This document shows positions 37,277 through 46,654 of a DNA stretch of 53,397 bases, piece by piece (positions within the stretch are counted from its first letter, which is position 1; each line of letters starts with the position of its first letter). Under the pieces are notes generated by a model that had not been told where the DNA came from, ran no database searches, and worked only from the letters and a program-made list of their open reading frames with translations. The position numbers and the translations under genes were made by a program. The DNA comes from Myxococcales bacterium (lineage in GTDB: Bacteria; Myxococcota_A; Polyangia; Polyangiales; Polyangiaceae). The DNA is taken from assembly GCA_043747615.1 (NCBI GenBank), contig JAYTOU010000062.1, positions 1 through 53,397 on the forward strand, given 5' to 3'.

Positions 37277-37960
37277 ATGACGAAGCTTCTGCTGGTCGAG
37301 GACACGGCGCGGCTCGCCGAGTCCCTCTCGCGCGGTCTCCAGGAGGACGGTTTCGCGGTAGAGGTCGCCGGCACGGCCGCCGCCGCTCTGGCGCGAATCG
37401 AGGGCCGGGATATCGACGCCATGATCCTCGACCTCGGTCTGCCCGACCTGGACGGCGTCGCTGTGCTCGAGCGCGCGCGCGCCGCCGGCCTTGCGCTCCC
37501 GATTCTGGTGCTCACTGCCCGCGACGCGATGGACTCCCGCGTCGGCGCACTCGAGGCGGGCGCCGACGACTACATGATCAAGCCCTTCGCCTTTGCGGAG
37601 CTTCTCGCCCGGATGCGCGCCTTGCTGCGGCGGGCGGCTGCTCCCCGATGGGCGCCGCTCGCGTGCGCCGACTTGCGGCTCGATCCCACCACGGCGGGCG
37701 CGACCGTCGGGGAGAGAGCCGTAGCGCTTTCTCCGCGTGAACGTGCGCTGCTCGAGCTCTTTCTGCGACGCCAGGGCGAAGTCGTCGCCCGATCCGAGAT
37801 CCTCCGCGACGCGTTTGGATACGACTTCGACCCGGGCACCAACGTCATCGACGTCCACGTGGCGCACCTGCGGCGAAAGCTGGAGCCGAGCGCGGTCAAG
37901 CTGGAGACCATTCGCGGCCTGGGGTTCCGACTACGCCCGGTGATCCCCGGCGATGTCTGA
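37277..37960 (+). CDS. OmpR/PhoB-family response regulator
   Basis: LLVED, LDLGLP, DDYMIKPF, NVIDVHVAHLRRKL, TIRGLGF. Confidence 0.93.
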   Translation: MTKLLLVEDTARLAESLSRGLQEDGFAVEVAGTAAAALARIEGRDIDAMILDLGLPDLDGVAVLERARAAGLALPILVLTARDAMDSRVGALEAGADDYMIKPFAFAELLARMRALLRRAAAPRWAPLACADLRLDPTTAGATVGERAVALSPRERALLELFLRRQGEVVARSEILRDAFGYDFDPGTNVIDVHVAHLRRKLEPSAVKLETIRGLGFRLRPVIPGDV

Positions 37961-39077
37961 GCCCGCGACTGACGAGAGCGCCACGCCGCGGCGACGCCGT
38001 TCGCTGCGGGCCCGCCTCGCCCTATGGATGGTGCTCTCGACGACCGTCACAGTGATGGTGTTCGCCTGCGTCGTCTACGTGCTGGTACGCGCAGAGGCGG
38101 TCGAGAGCGCGGGCCAACGCGGCGAAGACGCGCGCGAACAGGTGCTTCTCGCCATGCTCCTGGCCGGACCGGCGTGCCTGGCGCTTTCGGTGGTGGGTGC
38201 AAGCGTCCTGAGTCGACGCGCGATTGCGAAGATTGAGAAGGTGATCCAGGAGGCCAGCACGATGACCGCCGAGGATCTTCACAAGCGGCTTGCCGTGCCG
38301 CCACAGGACGACGAGCTGCGGGATCTGGTCGCCGCGTTGAACGCGCTGCTCGACCGCCTAGACCGAGGCTTCGCCGCGCTCGGGAGCTACGCCGCGAGCG
38401 CGTCGCACGAGCTTCGCACACCCGTCGCCGTGATCATGAGCGAGCTCGAAATTGCGCTTCGCCGTCCCCGCACTGCCGAGGCATGGGAGCGTATCGCCCA
38501 GACGTCCCTCGCAGAGATGCAGCGGCTCGCCGGCCTGATCGAGGCGCTCCTCGAGCTTGCCCGCGCAGGCTCCGCGACGAACCTCTCCGACGCACGGTTC
38601 GAGCTGGGTGAGCAGCTCGATCAGACGCTCGCATCGCTCGACGCGTCCCTGCAGGCGGCGCAGACCCATCTGGTACGGCCCGACGTGGGCGACGAGGTAT
38701 GGCTTCGCGGCGACGCGGGACTCCTGATGAACACTGTGCGTGAGCTGGTGCGAAACGCCGCTCGCCATTCGCCCGCAGGGTCGACCGTGCGGGTCCGCTT
38801 GGAGAGCCCTCTGGCCGGGCGCGTCGCCATTCACATCGACGACGACGGGCCGGGGGTGGCGCCGTCGGAGCGCAGCGCAGTCTTCACGCCATTCGCGCGC
38901 GGTCGCCAGGATCGCGCCGGCAACCTCGCCACCGGCGCGTTACCGGGCGTCGGCCTTGGTCTCGCGATCGCGAAGCGGAGCGTGGAGTCCTGGGGCGGAA
39001 AGATTTCCATCAGCGATTCGCCCGAGGGCGGCGCCCGCTTCACGATCCTCTTGCCTGCGAGTGACGCGCCCAGCTGA
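37953..39077 (+). CDS. membrane HAMP sensor histidine kinase
   Basis: Two TM segments, HAMP, SHELRTP, NAARH, DDGPG, GLGL. Confidence 0.9.
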   Translation: MSEPATDESATPRRRRSLRARLALWMVLSTTVTVMVFACVVYVLVRAEAVESAGQRGEDAREQVLLAMLLAGPACLALSVVGASVLSRRAIAKIEKVIQEASTMTAEDLHKRLAVPPQDDELRDLVAALNALLDRLDRGFAALGSYAASASHELRTPVAVIMSELEIALRRPRTAEAWERIAQTSLAEMQRLAGLIEALLELARAGSATNLSDARFELGEQLDQTLASLDASLQAAQTHLVRPDVGDEVWLRGDAGLLMNTVRELVRNAARHSPAGSTVRVRLESPLAGRVAIHIDDDGPGVAPSERSAVFTPFARGRQDRAGNLATGALPGVGLGLAIAKRSVESWGGKISISDSPEGGARFTILLPASDAPS

Positions 39078-39086
39078 CGCCCGCCG

Positions 39087-39392
39087 TCAGTCTTTTTCGG
39101 TGTCGATGCTGACCAGCACGCCCGTGTCGGCGTCGATGTTCACCTCCTTGATCGACTTTCCTTTCTCACCGATCGGTTTGATCTCGAACGAATAGATCCA
39201 GCGACCGTTCTCGTGCTCGAGCTCCTCCTTGACCAGCGTGCCGGCGACCAGACTCAACGCTTTGGCGCGCGCGTCGGCGATGGCGACCTTCGCTTGATGC
39301 GTCTCGGTGGCCGAGGCGACGGTTGCGATTCCCGCCGTCGACGCGACGCCGAGGAGCAGGGCTAGACCAATGGAACGATGGATGGGTTTCAT
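39087..39392 (-). CDS. PepSY domain secreted protein
   Basis: Signal peptide; ELEHENGRWIYSFEI..EVNIDADTG; GGAGG upstream. Confidence 0.85.
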   Translation of the reverse strand: MKPIHRSIGLALLLGVASTAGIATVASATETHQAKVAIADARAKALSLVAGTLVKEELEHENGRWIYSFEIKPIGEKGKSIKEVNIDADTGVLVSIDTEKD

Positions 39393-39686
39393 GCGGTTCT
39401 CCTCCGCGCCGGGGATGGCGCAAGCAAGAAGGTGCGGCCCACCCTGCGGGTCCGCACGTGAAGACTTCATGAAGGTACCGATACCTGACGCCCGGCCGCG
39501 CATTCGCTGGCGCTTCACCACGAAGGCCGCGCAGATCAAGCTCCTGCCACTCTACCCATGAGCGGAACAGACGCAGGATTCGCCGTTGCGATTCGGTCCT
39601 TCGGATACGGTGGCCTACTGCACCCAAGCGCGGGAGCTCGCCTTTGCAACCCGTGCTCAGAAAAACAAGAGAGACATCGGCCGAGA

Positions 39687-40094
39687 GTGAACAAGCTCAA
39701 GTCCATTGCCCGCCGAATCATGATCGAGCGTGGCCTCTTGCCGGACTTCTCCGCTGCGGTCGTGGCGGAGACAAGCGCCATCGTGGATGCTCCCACGGCG
39801 CGCGATCCTGCTGTCCGCGATCTCCGGGAACTCCTATGGGCGTCGATCGACAACGACACCTCCCGTGATCTCGACCAGCTGACGGTCTCCGAATCGATGG
39901 TTGGCGGCGCAGTGAAAGTCTTCGTCGCTGACGTCGACGCACTCGTGAAACGTCACTCCGCGATCGACGAGCACGCTCAAACCAACACGACCTCCGTGTA
40001 CACGGCCGCGGCGATCTTTCCGATGATGCCCGAGAGACTCTCGACGGATCTCACGTCGCTCGGGGAAGGCGAAGAGCGTCTTGCGATGGCCTAG
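39687..40094 (+). pseudogene. RNB (RNase II/R) domain protein, C-terminally truncated
   Basis: SIDNDTSRDLDQ, NTTSVYT..FPMMPERLS..LTSL; premature stop. Confidence 0.8.
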
Positions 40095-40297
40095 GACCGA
40101 GCGGCGCAAGCGATGCGTGGGCAACGCTTCCAACACGGCGCGTTGATCCTCCACACGCCGCAGGCGATCTTCCGCCGAAAAACGACGAACGTTCGCGGCG
40201 CGCGCGACTTGGGTGCGATTTTCTGACAAAGCGTTTGGCCCCACGGCAATCGCCTATCGCTGACCGCTCTTTCGCTTTTCTAACCCCGGAGTTTTCC

Positions 40298-40843
40298 ATG
40301 ATGCGCGTTGATGTCTGGAGTGCCGCAGTTCTCGTCGCGGCGTTGCTTGCGTGTGGGCCCACGATCGACGTGGGGCAGAACGTCGTGGACGGTGGAGCCG
40401 CGTCCGACGCGGCCGCGTCCGAGGCGGGCGAAGGGGGCGGTGGAGACGCGGGACAGGTCGATGCGTCGGCGCGCCCGAGCAAGACCAAGGGCGGAGAGAG
40501 TTGCGCGACCGCAGATCTCCCGCCGGCCGCGAGCACGTGCTCGATCCCGGGAACCTATACGGTGACCGAGAACCTCTGCGGGAGCACCGATCCGACCTGC
40601 ACGGATATCCAGACGGCGACACCCTACACGTGGACTGCCGAGGTCTCGGTCACGGGCACGACCGTGAAGCTCACGAACCACGTCGACCGACTGCTGCAGT
40701 GCACACTCTCTTCGGCGTGCACGTGCCTGGATTCGGGCTACGAGCTCCATTTCACGAGCACGGGCTTCGTGGCCGTCGACGGCTTTGCCTGTCGGGGGGG
40801 GACGGGCTTCCAGAGGGAGCTCGACCACGGGGTCAAACAATGA
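40298..40843 (+). CDS. Cys-rich lipoprotein
   Basis: Lipobox LLAC, DGG/DAA low-complexity linker, multiple Cys. Confidence 0.65.
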   Translation: MMRVDVWSAAVLVAALLACGPTIDVGQNVVDGGAASDAAASEAGEGGGGDAGQVDASARPSKTKGGESCATADLPPAASTCSIPGTYTVTENLCGSTDPTCTDIQTATPYTWTAEVSVTGTTVKLTNHVDRLLQCTLSSACTCLDSGYELHFTSTGFVAVDGFACRGGTGFQRELDHGVKQ

Positions 40844-41385
40844 CGCGCGGGCAAACGGCGGCGCGTCTTCTCCTCGCGGTGCTCGCCGCTGCGGGAATCG
40901 CGTGCAGCAGCACGGGCGGCTCCGGGAATACGCAGACCGTAGACTACGCGGGTCAGACACGTTGTCGCAACGACTGCAGCAACGCCCTTAGCTCCTGCGG
41001 GGCCAACTGCACGGGCACGTCGACGAACATGTGCAACCTCGACTGCGTCGACAAGAACCTCGTTTGCGAGAAGGGCTGCGAGGGGACGTATCCGAGCACG
41101 ACGAACACGACCTGTCGCAACGACTGCAGCAACGCGAGCAGCTCTCGCAACGCCTACTGCTCCACGAACACGTGCCACGGAGACGCGAACACGAGAAACC
41201 TCGCGTGCGAGAAAGACTGCGAGACGCGGTATCCGCAAACCACGGACACCCAGTGCCGCAACGACTGCAGCAACTACTCGAGCAGCTGCGACTCGTACTG
41301 CAGCGACGCGTCTTGCCGGCAGACCTGCGTCGACACCGGGCTCGCTTGCAAAAAGGATTGCGACGCTCGCTACGCAAAGAAGTAA
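40840..41385 (+). CDS. lipoprotein with three Cys-rich repeats
   Basis: Lipobox GIAC; three CRNDCSN...C(E/K)K(G/D)C..(T/R)Y repeats; ATGA coupling. Confidence 0.78.
   Translation: MTRGQTAARLLLAVLAAAGIACSSTGGSGNTQTVDYAGQTRCRNDCSNALSSCGANCTGTSTNMCNLDCVDKNLVCEKGCEGTYPSTTNTTCRNDCSNASSSRNAYCSTNTCHGDANTRNLACEKDCETRYPQTTDTQCRNDCSNYSSSCDSYCSDASCRQTCVDTGLACKKDCDARYAKK
40963..41382 (+). repeat. three intragenic ~141-150-bp repeats
   Basis: TGYCGCAACGACTGCAGCAAC at 40963, 41113 and 41254. Confidence 0.85.
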
Positions 41386-41417
41386 TCTCCGCCGCATGTT
41401 CGCGCGCTCGCGAACCG

Positions 41418-41526
41418 CTGATGGCGAACGACTCGACCGTGAAGGCCGGGTCATGGGGGCGGCGCACGGTCGAAAAAATCTTGCGCATTCAGGAGACGGC
41501 GGCGCGGCTCAAGATCCCGATGCTTC
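41418..41526 (+). pseudogene. 36-codon fragment of an acyl-CoA carboxylase carboxyltransferase (beta) subunit
   Basis: LMANDSTVKAGSWGRRTVEKILRIQETAARLKIPML. Confidence 0.7.
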
Positions 41527-41621
41527 GCGTCGGACTCTCCGGGCTTTCTTTTTTGGAACCCCCTTGAACCCCTTGAACCACCTACGCTCTCGAATCCCTC
41601 GCGTACTCTCGTGGTACGATA

Positions 41622-42035
41622 TTGCCAACGCGATCAGGACCCCTGCTCCTCGCCATCGCCGTCGTCTCTGCGGCATGCGGCAGCGGAAAAGGTGGATTCG
41701 CCAGACCCTTGGGGGGACGACTCTGTGCAACATCGTCACCGGTTCGCCCTGCACCGGCGGTCAATACTGCGATCCGGACAACCGCGGCGGGACGGTCTGG
41801 GGCACCGTTTTCCAATGAGACGGTCAAGCTTTGTGGCTCCTCTCCGGGAGGTCCGATGCACGATCAATCGTGTGCCCCCGGACTCATCGGCTACGCACCC
41901 GCTGACAACCATCAGGCCGGCACGTGCGCGGCTTATTGCTGCGACGATGGAGATTGCGGCTCGGGGCAATGCGTGAAGATATTTAATGACTGGCCGGCCG
42001 TTGGGCGGCTGAACCCTCTCGTGCCGGCCCGCTGA
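41622..42035 (+). pseudogene. degraded Cys-rich lipoprotein
   Basis: Lipobox SAAC; Cys segments split across frames (CNIVTGSPCTGGQYCD; CAAYCCDDGDCGSGQC). Confidence 0.5.
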
Positions 42036-42099
42036 CTACCTCGTCGTGATCGGCGCGATCTCCGCCGCCATCAGGCCTCCACGGAGCAGCTGACGAATG

Positions 42100-42115
42100 C
42101 GGCATGCGCGTTGCT
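42100..42115 (+). promoter_or_regulatory. sigma54 -24/-12 promoter
   Basis: CGGCATGCGCGTTGCT; ATG 42129 is 15 nt after the -12 C. Confidence 0.75.
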
Positions 42116-42128
42116 TTAGGAACTTCAA

Positions 42129-42575
42129 ATGCGAGCTACTACCGCCATGACCCGTGACGTCATCGTCGTTCCTCCGGAGTTCACACTCGATGCCGCGTGG
42201 CGGATTATGAGCCGCAAGCATGTCCGCCATCTCCCCGTGGTCCGCGCGGGCGCGCTGCTCGGCATGCTGTCGGACCGCGACGTGTTATCCCGCGGGACAC
42301 TCGCCAAGGACGGCACTTTGCATCTCCCGAACGGGATCATCGTCGCCGACGCCATGACGCCGACCCCTGTCACGACGTGCGAGGCATCCGCCGATGTCGC
42401 GGATCTGGCGCGGATGATGACAGTGGAGAAAATTGACGCGATCCCCGTGGTCCGTGGGCTTCACTTGGTGGGGTTGGTCACGAGCACCGATCTGCTCCGC
42501 TTGCTCATCGAGCGCGACCCTGGGCCGCTCCCGTTCGAGTTCCGCGTGATAGACGATCCGCGCGCCTTCGCGTGA
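42129..42575 (+). CDS. CBS-pair domain protein
   Basis: VRHLPVV..LLGMLSDRD; IDAIPVV..LVGLVTSTDLL. Confidence 0.9.
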   Translation: MRATTAMTRDVIVVPPEFTLDAAWRIMSRKHVRHLPVVRAGALLGMLSDRDVLSRGTLAKDGTLHLPNGIIVADAMTPTPVTTCEASADVADLARMMTVEKIDAIPVVRGLHLVGLVTSTDLLRLLIERDPGPLPFEFRVIDDPRAFA

Positions 42576-42666
42576 GCGGGTTGTCCACACGGCGCACGGT
42601 CTGCGTTCCCACGCAAGACCGGCGGGCCGTGTGCGGTCGAAGAAAAGGTGCCCCCCTTGCGAGACG

Positions 42667-43083
42667 CTATTCAGGCGGTCGCTCGTCGGACGCGGTCGGA
42701 TGGAAGAGCTCCGCGAACGAATCTGGGAGCACCCTGTCGAGTGCGCGGAGAGCGTCCTCGGAAATAACCTCGCCGACAACGCGACATACCACCTGGGCGT
42801 GCTCACGGGCGAAGCCGAGGCTTGTGCCTTCGCGCCGCCGCACGCGGTCGAAGAACTCGGCGAGGTCGAACGCCCTCGGCTGCTTCCGAACGCGGAGCGA
42901 CTTGCCCATTCGATCGGGGAGAAGCTTGGCCAACGCGCGAAACTCCTCATCGGGGAGTCTCTCCCCAAGTGTGACCCGCGTCGCCTTCGCCGCCGCAGCC
43001 GCTTCCGTCGCAGTGGCGAACCCGCCTAGATGCATGACCCGCTCAAGGAGAACGTGTTCCTTCGGTGCTATTCGCAAAGCCAT
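42667..43083 (-). CDS. DUF2267 domain protein
   Basis: TLGERL..LAKLLP; FDLAEFFDRVRRREG..AREHAQVV..LP..FAELF. Confidence 0.72.
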   Translation of the reverse strand: MALRIAPKEHVLLERVMHLGGFATATEAAAAAKATRVTLGERLPDEEFRALAKLLPDRMGKSLRVRKQPRAFDLAEFFDRVRRREGTSLGFAREHAQVVCRVVGEVISEDALRALDRVLPDSFAELFHPTASDERPPE

Positions 43084-43095
43084 GGCTGGATACGG

Positions 43096-43111
43096 AGCAA
43101 CGTGCGTGCCG
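43096..43111 (-). promoter_or_regulatory. sigma54 -24/-12 promoter
   Basis: Minus strand CGGCACGCACGTTGCT; ATG 43083 is 14 nt after the -12 C. Confidence 0.82.
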
Positions 43112-43243
43112 TTTCGATGCACTTGAGTGGCGCGTAACGAGCGAGCCCACCGGATGCAAGGATTGCGTGGCCACGCGCCATCTGCATACCGATACCTGGT
43201 GCGTCGTCTCGCCGCATTGCCGAAGCATGACCCTGCCGAAGAC

Positions 43244-43259
43244 TGGTCTGCACCTTGCA
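43244..43259 (+). promoter_or_regulatory. sigma54 -24/-12 promoter
   Basis: TGGTCTGCACCTTGCA; in-frame GTG 43271 is 13 nt after the -12 C. Confidence 0.55.
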
Positions 43260-43270
43260 CGAGCGCAGGG

Positions 43271-44383
43271 GTGACCGACGCATCGCAGATCACGCGCAGC
43301 GAAGACAAGCTGAAGCTGGTCGGCGAGCTTCGCATCGCGGACGCGACGGCGTTGTGGCAAACGCTCCGTGGGCATGGGTCGGTGCAGCGAGGCGGCAAGC
43401 TCGACATCGATCTCAGCGATGCCAGCGTCGTCGACGGAGCGATCATGTCTCTGCTCGTGGAGCTGCGCGCCAACCTCTCGGCACGCGGGATCCAATCGGA
43501 GATCGTCGGTGGGTCCGATCATTTGAGAGAGATCGTTCACCTCTATGGAGGTGACGAGCCCGCGGTCACGATGCCGCCGCGCCCTCGCGAAGGTGCGCTC
43601 AGTCGCCTCGGTCGAGCGATGGCGAGCGTCTTCGACGACTTCCGCCGGCTCTCCGTCTTCCTTGGTGGACTCGTCGCTGCGGTGTGGACGGCGGTGCGCG
43701 TGCCGGCGAGCGTGAACTGGCGATCCGTCCCGTCGCTTGCGGCGAGCGCAGGCGCCGACGGGATTCCCATCGTGCTCTTGCTGAACTTCCTTGTCGGCTT
43801 CGTCATGGCGTTTCAGTCCGCACATCAGCTCAAGCTCTACGGGGCCAACGTCTACGTGGCGGACGTCGTCGGCATCTCGGTGTCGCGCGAGCTCGGACCG
43901 CTGATGACGGCGATCATCATGAGTGGCCGGTCCGGGGCAGCCTTTGCGGCCGAGCTCGGGAGCATGCGCGTGTCCGAGGAGATCGACGCGCTCCGAACCA
44001 TGGGCTTCGCGCCCGCGCCGTATTTGATCCTTCCACGCATAGCAGCGCTCGCGATGGTCGCGCCGGTGCTGACGTTGCTTGGCGACGTGGTTGGTGTCGC
44101 GGGCGGGATGGCGGTGGGCGTTTCCAGCCTGGACGTCAGCGCTCGCGGGTACCTCGCGGAGCTCCGCACCGCCGTCGTGCCGTCGGATGTGTGGACGGGG
44201 CTCGTGAAGAGTGTCGCGTTCGGCATGGCCATCGCGTTCATCGGCTGCCAGCAGGGTTTTGCGACCCGAGGCGCTGCCGCAGGCGTGGGACGGAGCACCA
44301 CTACGACCGTCGTTGCCTGCCTCTTCAGCGTCGTCATCATCGACACGGTGTTCACCCTGCTCTTCCGGACGTTTGGCAAATGA
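43271..44383 (+). CDS. mlaE: STAS-MlaE family ABC permease
   Basis: RELGPLMTAIIMSGRSGAAFAAELGSM..EEIDAL; N-terminal STAS-like domain. Confidence 0.88.
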   Translation: MTDASQITRSEDKLKLVGELRIADATALWQTLRGHGSVQRGGKLDIDLSDASVVDGAIMSLLVELRANLSARGIQSEIVGGSDHLREIVHLYGGDEPAVTMPPRPREGALSRLGRAMASVFDDFRRLSVFLGGLVAAVWTAVRVPASVNWRSVPSLAASAGADGIPIVLLLNFLVGFVMAFQSAHQLKLYGANVYVADVVGISVSRELGPLMTAIIMSGRSGAAFAAELGSMRVSEEIDALRTMGFAPAPYLILPRIAALAMVAPVLTLLGDVVGVAGGMAVGVSSLDVSARGYLAELRTAVVPSDVWTGLVKSVAFGMAIAFIGCQQGFATRGAAAGVGRSTTTTVVACLFSVVIIDTVFTLLFRTFGK

Positions 44384-45120
44384 GCGATCCGGTCATCCGA
44401 GCGCGTGACCTGGCGATCGGCTGGAGCGCCGACGAAGTGCTCCTCGAGCGCGCGAGCTTCGATGTTCGCCAGGGCGAGATCTTTGGCATCTTGGGCCGTA
44501 GCGCGTGTGGCAAGACCACCCTCTTGCGCGTCCTCATCGGGCTGGAAGAGCCGCTCGCGGGCGAGATCTCGATCGAAGGAAAAGGCAGCCCGAAGCTCGA
44601 AGCCGGCCGTCCTCGATTCGGCGTGATGTTCCAGCAGGGCGCCCTCCTCGGGTCGATGACGGTGGGGGAGAACCTCGCGCTCGTGCTCCAGCGCTGGACC
44701 GATCTTCCGCCGGACGCGATTCGGACGATGGTGAGGGCGAAGCTGCGGCTCGTTGGGCTCGAAACGGCCGAGCACCAGCTGCCCTCGACGCTCTCGGGCG
44801 GGATGCGCAAGCGCGCCGCGATCGCCCGCGCGATGGTGCTCGAACCCTCTCTCCTCTTCCTCGATGAGCCATCGTCGGGGCTCGATCCCGTCACCTCGGC
44901 GGAGCTCGATCGACTGATTACCACCCTCGCGCGGGTACTTGGCCTCACGGTGGTCCTGGTCACCCACGAGCTCGGGAGCATCATGCAGATCGTGGATCGC
45001 TGCATCGTGCTCGATCGCGATAGCAAGAGCATCCTCGCGTTGGGCACGCCCCGCGATCTTCGCTCAAGCACGCTTTCGCGCGTGCAGCACTTTTTCAATC
45101 GAGAGCCGGAAGCAGCCTGA
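44380..45120 (+). CDS. mlaF: MlaF-like ABC ATPase
   Basis: GRSACGKT, LSGGMRKR, LFLDEPSSGLDP, VTHE. Confidence 0.9.
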   Translation: MSDPVIRARDLAIGWSADEVLLERASFDVRQGEIFGILGRSACGKTTLLRVLIGLEEPLAGEISIEGKGSPKLEAGRPRFGVMFQQGALLGSMTVGENLALVLQRWTDLPPDAIRTMVRAKLRLVGLETAEHQLPSTLSGGMRKRAAIARAMVLEPSLLFLDEPSSGLDPVTSAELDRLITTLARVLGLTVVLVTHELGSIMQIVDRCIVLDRDSKSILALGTPRDLRSSTLSRVQHFFNREPEAA

Positions 45121-46058
45121 TGTCGGCTGCGTCGACCCACTTCAAGCTCGGAGTCTTCACGCTGCTCGGAATCCTGGCGGTCTTCGCCACCGCGTTCGGC
45201 CTCGGCCTGCGCGCGATGAAATCGGACTCCGTAACCTACCACACGTATTTCGACGAATCGGTGCAGGGGCTCGAGATCGGCGCGCCCGTCAAGTATCGGG
45301 GAGTTCCGGTCGGTAGCGTCTCGGAGATTCGAATCGCCCCGGATCTCAAGCTCGTCGACGTGGCGCTCGCGCTCAATCGGGCCGACGCAGAGAGACTCCG
45401 CCTGGCCCAGAAGAAACCCGAGGTGCGCGCCCAGCTCGGCACCCAAGGCATCACCGGCGTGAAGCTCGTGGACATCGACTTCTTCGATCCAAGGACCTCC
45501 CCGGCTCCGCAGCTGTCGTTTCCTCCGGCGGAGAATTACATCCCGGCCAGGCCATCGCTGCTCACGGGCGTTCTCAACGACCTCGAGATCGTGGGACAGC
45601 GCCTTCCCGAGCTCATCGACGCCACCGTGGCGGCTCTCCGCAAGGTCGATCTCATCCTCGACGACCTCCACGAAGCGCACGTTCCGAAGCGCCTCGCGAA
45701 GGCAATCGACACCGTGAACGCATCTGCCGCCGAGCTCGGGTTGCTTCTGCGGCACGTCGACAACGCGCGCCTCCCCGACAAGACAGCTGCGGTCATGGAC
45801 ACTCTTGGCACTGCCATCGCGCGCGTGAACGACATGGTCGAAAGGATCGCGGGCGATGGTGGGCTCGTGGCGAGCACTCAGCGGGCCACCGATTCGATCG
45901 GGGATCTGGGGCGCAGCACCGCGGACTCGACGGCCGATCTCGACCGCACACTACGAGACCTCGACGAGGCTGCGATCGCCATCCGCGAGCTTGCGGAGGC
46001 GGTCGATCGGGATCCGGACATGCTCCTGAAGGGCCGCGCGCGGGAAAAAACGCGATGA
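45120..46058 (+). CDS. mlaD: MlaD/MCE family protein
   Basis: SVQGLEIGAPVKYRGVPVGSV, QGITG, coiled-coil tail. Confidence 0.88.
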   Translation: MSAASTHFKLGVFTLLGILAVFATAFGLGLRAMKSDSVTYHTYFDESVQGLEIGAPVKYRGVPVGSVSEIRIAPDLKLVDVALALNRADAERLRLAQKKPEVRAQLGTQGITGVKLVDIDFFDPRTSPAPQLSFPPAENYIPARPSLLTGVLNDLEIVGQRLPELIDATVAALRKVDLILDDLHEAHVPKRLAKAIDTVNASAAELGLLLRHVDNARLPDKTAAVMDTLGTAIARVNDMVERIAGDGGLVASTQRATDSIGDLGRSTADSTADLDRTLRDLDEAAIAIRELAEAVDRDPDMLLKGRAREKTR

Positions 46059-46627
46059 GGGCGCTCTTCTTTCTCTTGCCGTGGCTCGCCGGATGCGCCC
46101 TGACCTCGAAGGCCACCCCCCTCGACATTCGATATTTCTCTCCCGAGATCGGGTTGGCTCACCACGCCGATCCACCAGGCGAAGCGGCGCGCCCACGTGT
46201 TCGTCTCGGCCGCCTCACTTCGAGCGCGAATCTGCGGTATCGGATCGTGCATCGCGAGTCTCCCGTGGAGACAGGCGAGTACGAGACTCTGCGCTGGACG
46301 GAGAACCCAGAAGCCTACGTGCGACGTTCTCTCGTGGCCGCTCTCTTCAGCGATCGACTCGAGCAGGCTACGGGTGGGGGGGCCCCGACGCTCGATGTCG
46401 AGGTCGTTAGCTTCGAAGAAGTGCATCGCGAGAGCTACCACGGGGGACGAGTCGGGCTTCGCTTTCAGCTCACCGATCAGCGCTCGGTGCTCCTGAGCGA
46501 CGTGGTCGTGATCGAGCGCGGGGCTACGGGCCCGGGTTTCGGGTCGGTCGTCGTCGCGATTGGTGCAGCGATGGACGCGACCACGGCACAAGTCGCCACC
46601 GCGGTTTCCGCGCGCATGGCTCGTTGA
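46055..46627 (+). CDS. ABC auxiliary lipoprotein (PqiC-like)
   Basis: Lipobox LAGC; RIVHR..Y...RWTENP; position after the MCE gene. Confidence 0.75.
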   Translation: MRALFFLLPWLAGCALTSKATPLDIRYFSPEIGLAHHADPPGEAARPRVRLGRLTSSANLRYRIVHRESPVETGEYETLRWTENPEAYVRRSLVAALFSDRLEQATGGGAPTLDVEVVSFEEVHRESYHGGRVGLRFQLTDQRSVLLSDVVVIERGATGPGFGSVVVAIGAAMDATTAQVATAVSARMAR

Positions 46628-46654
46628 GCTAGTGTCGGCTCGGTTCTCGCATCT

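Noticed and set aside
40963..41382. CRISPR-like repeat-spacer array
   Set aside because: The repeats are in-frame protein repeats with homologous intervening sequence, and no cas genes are present. No CRISPR array was seen in the window.
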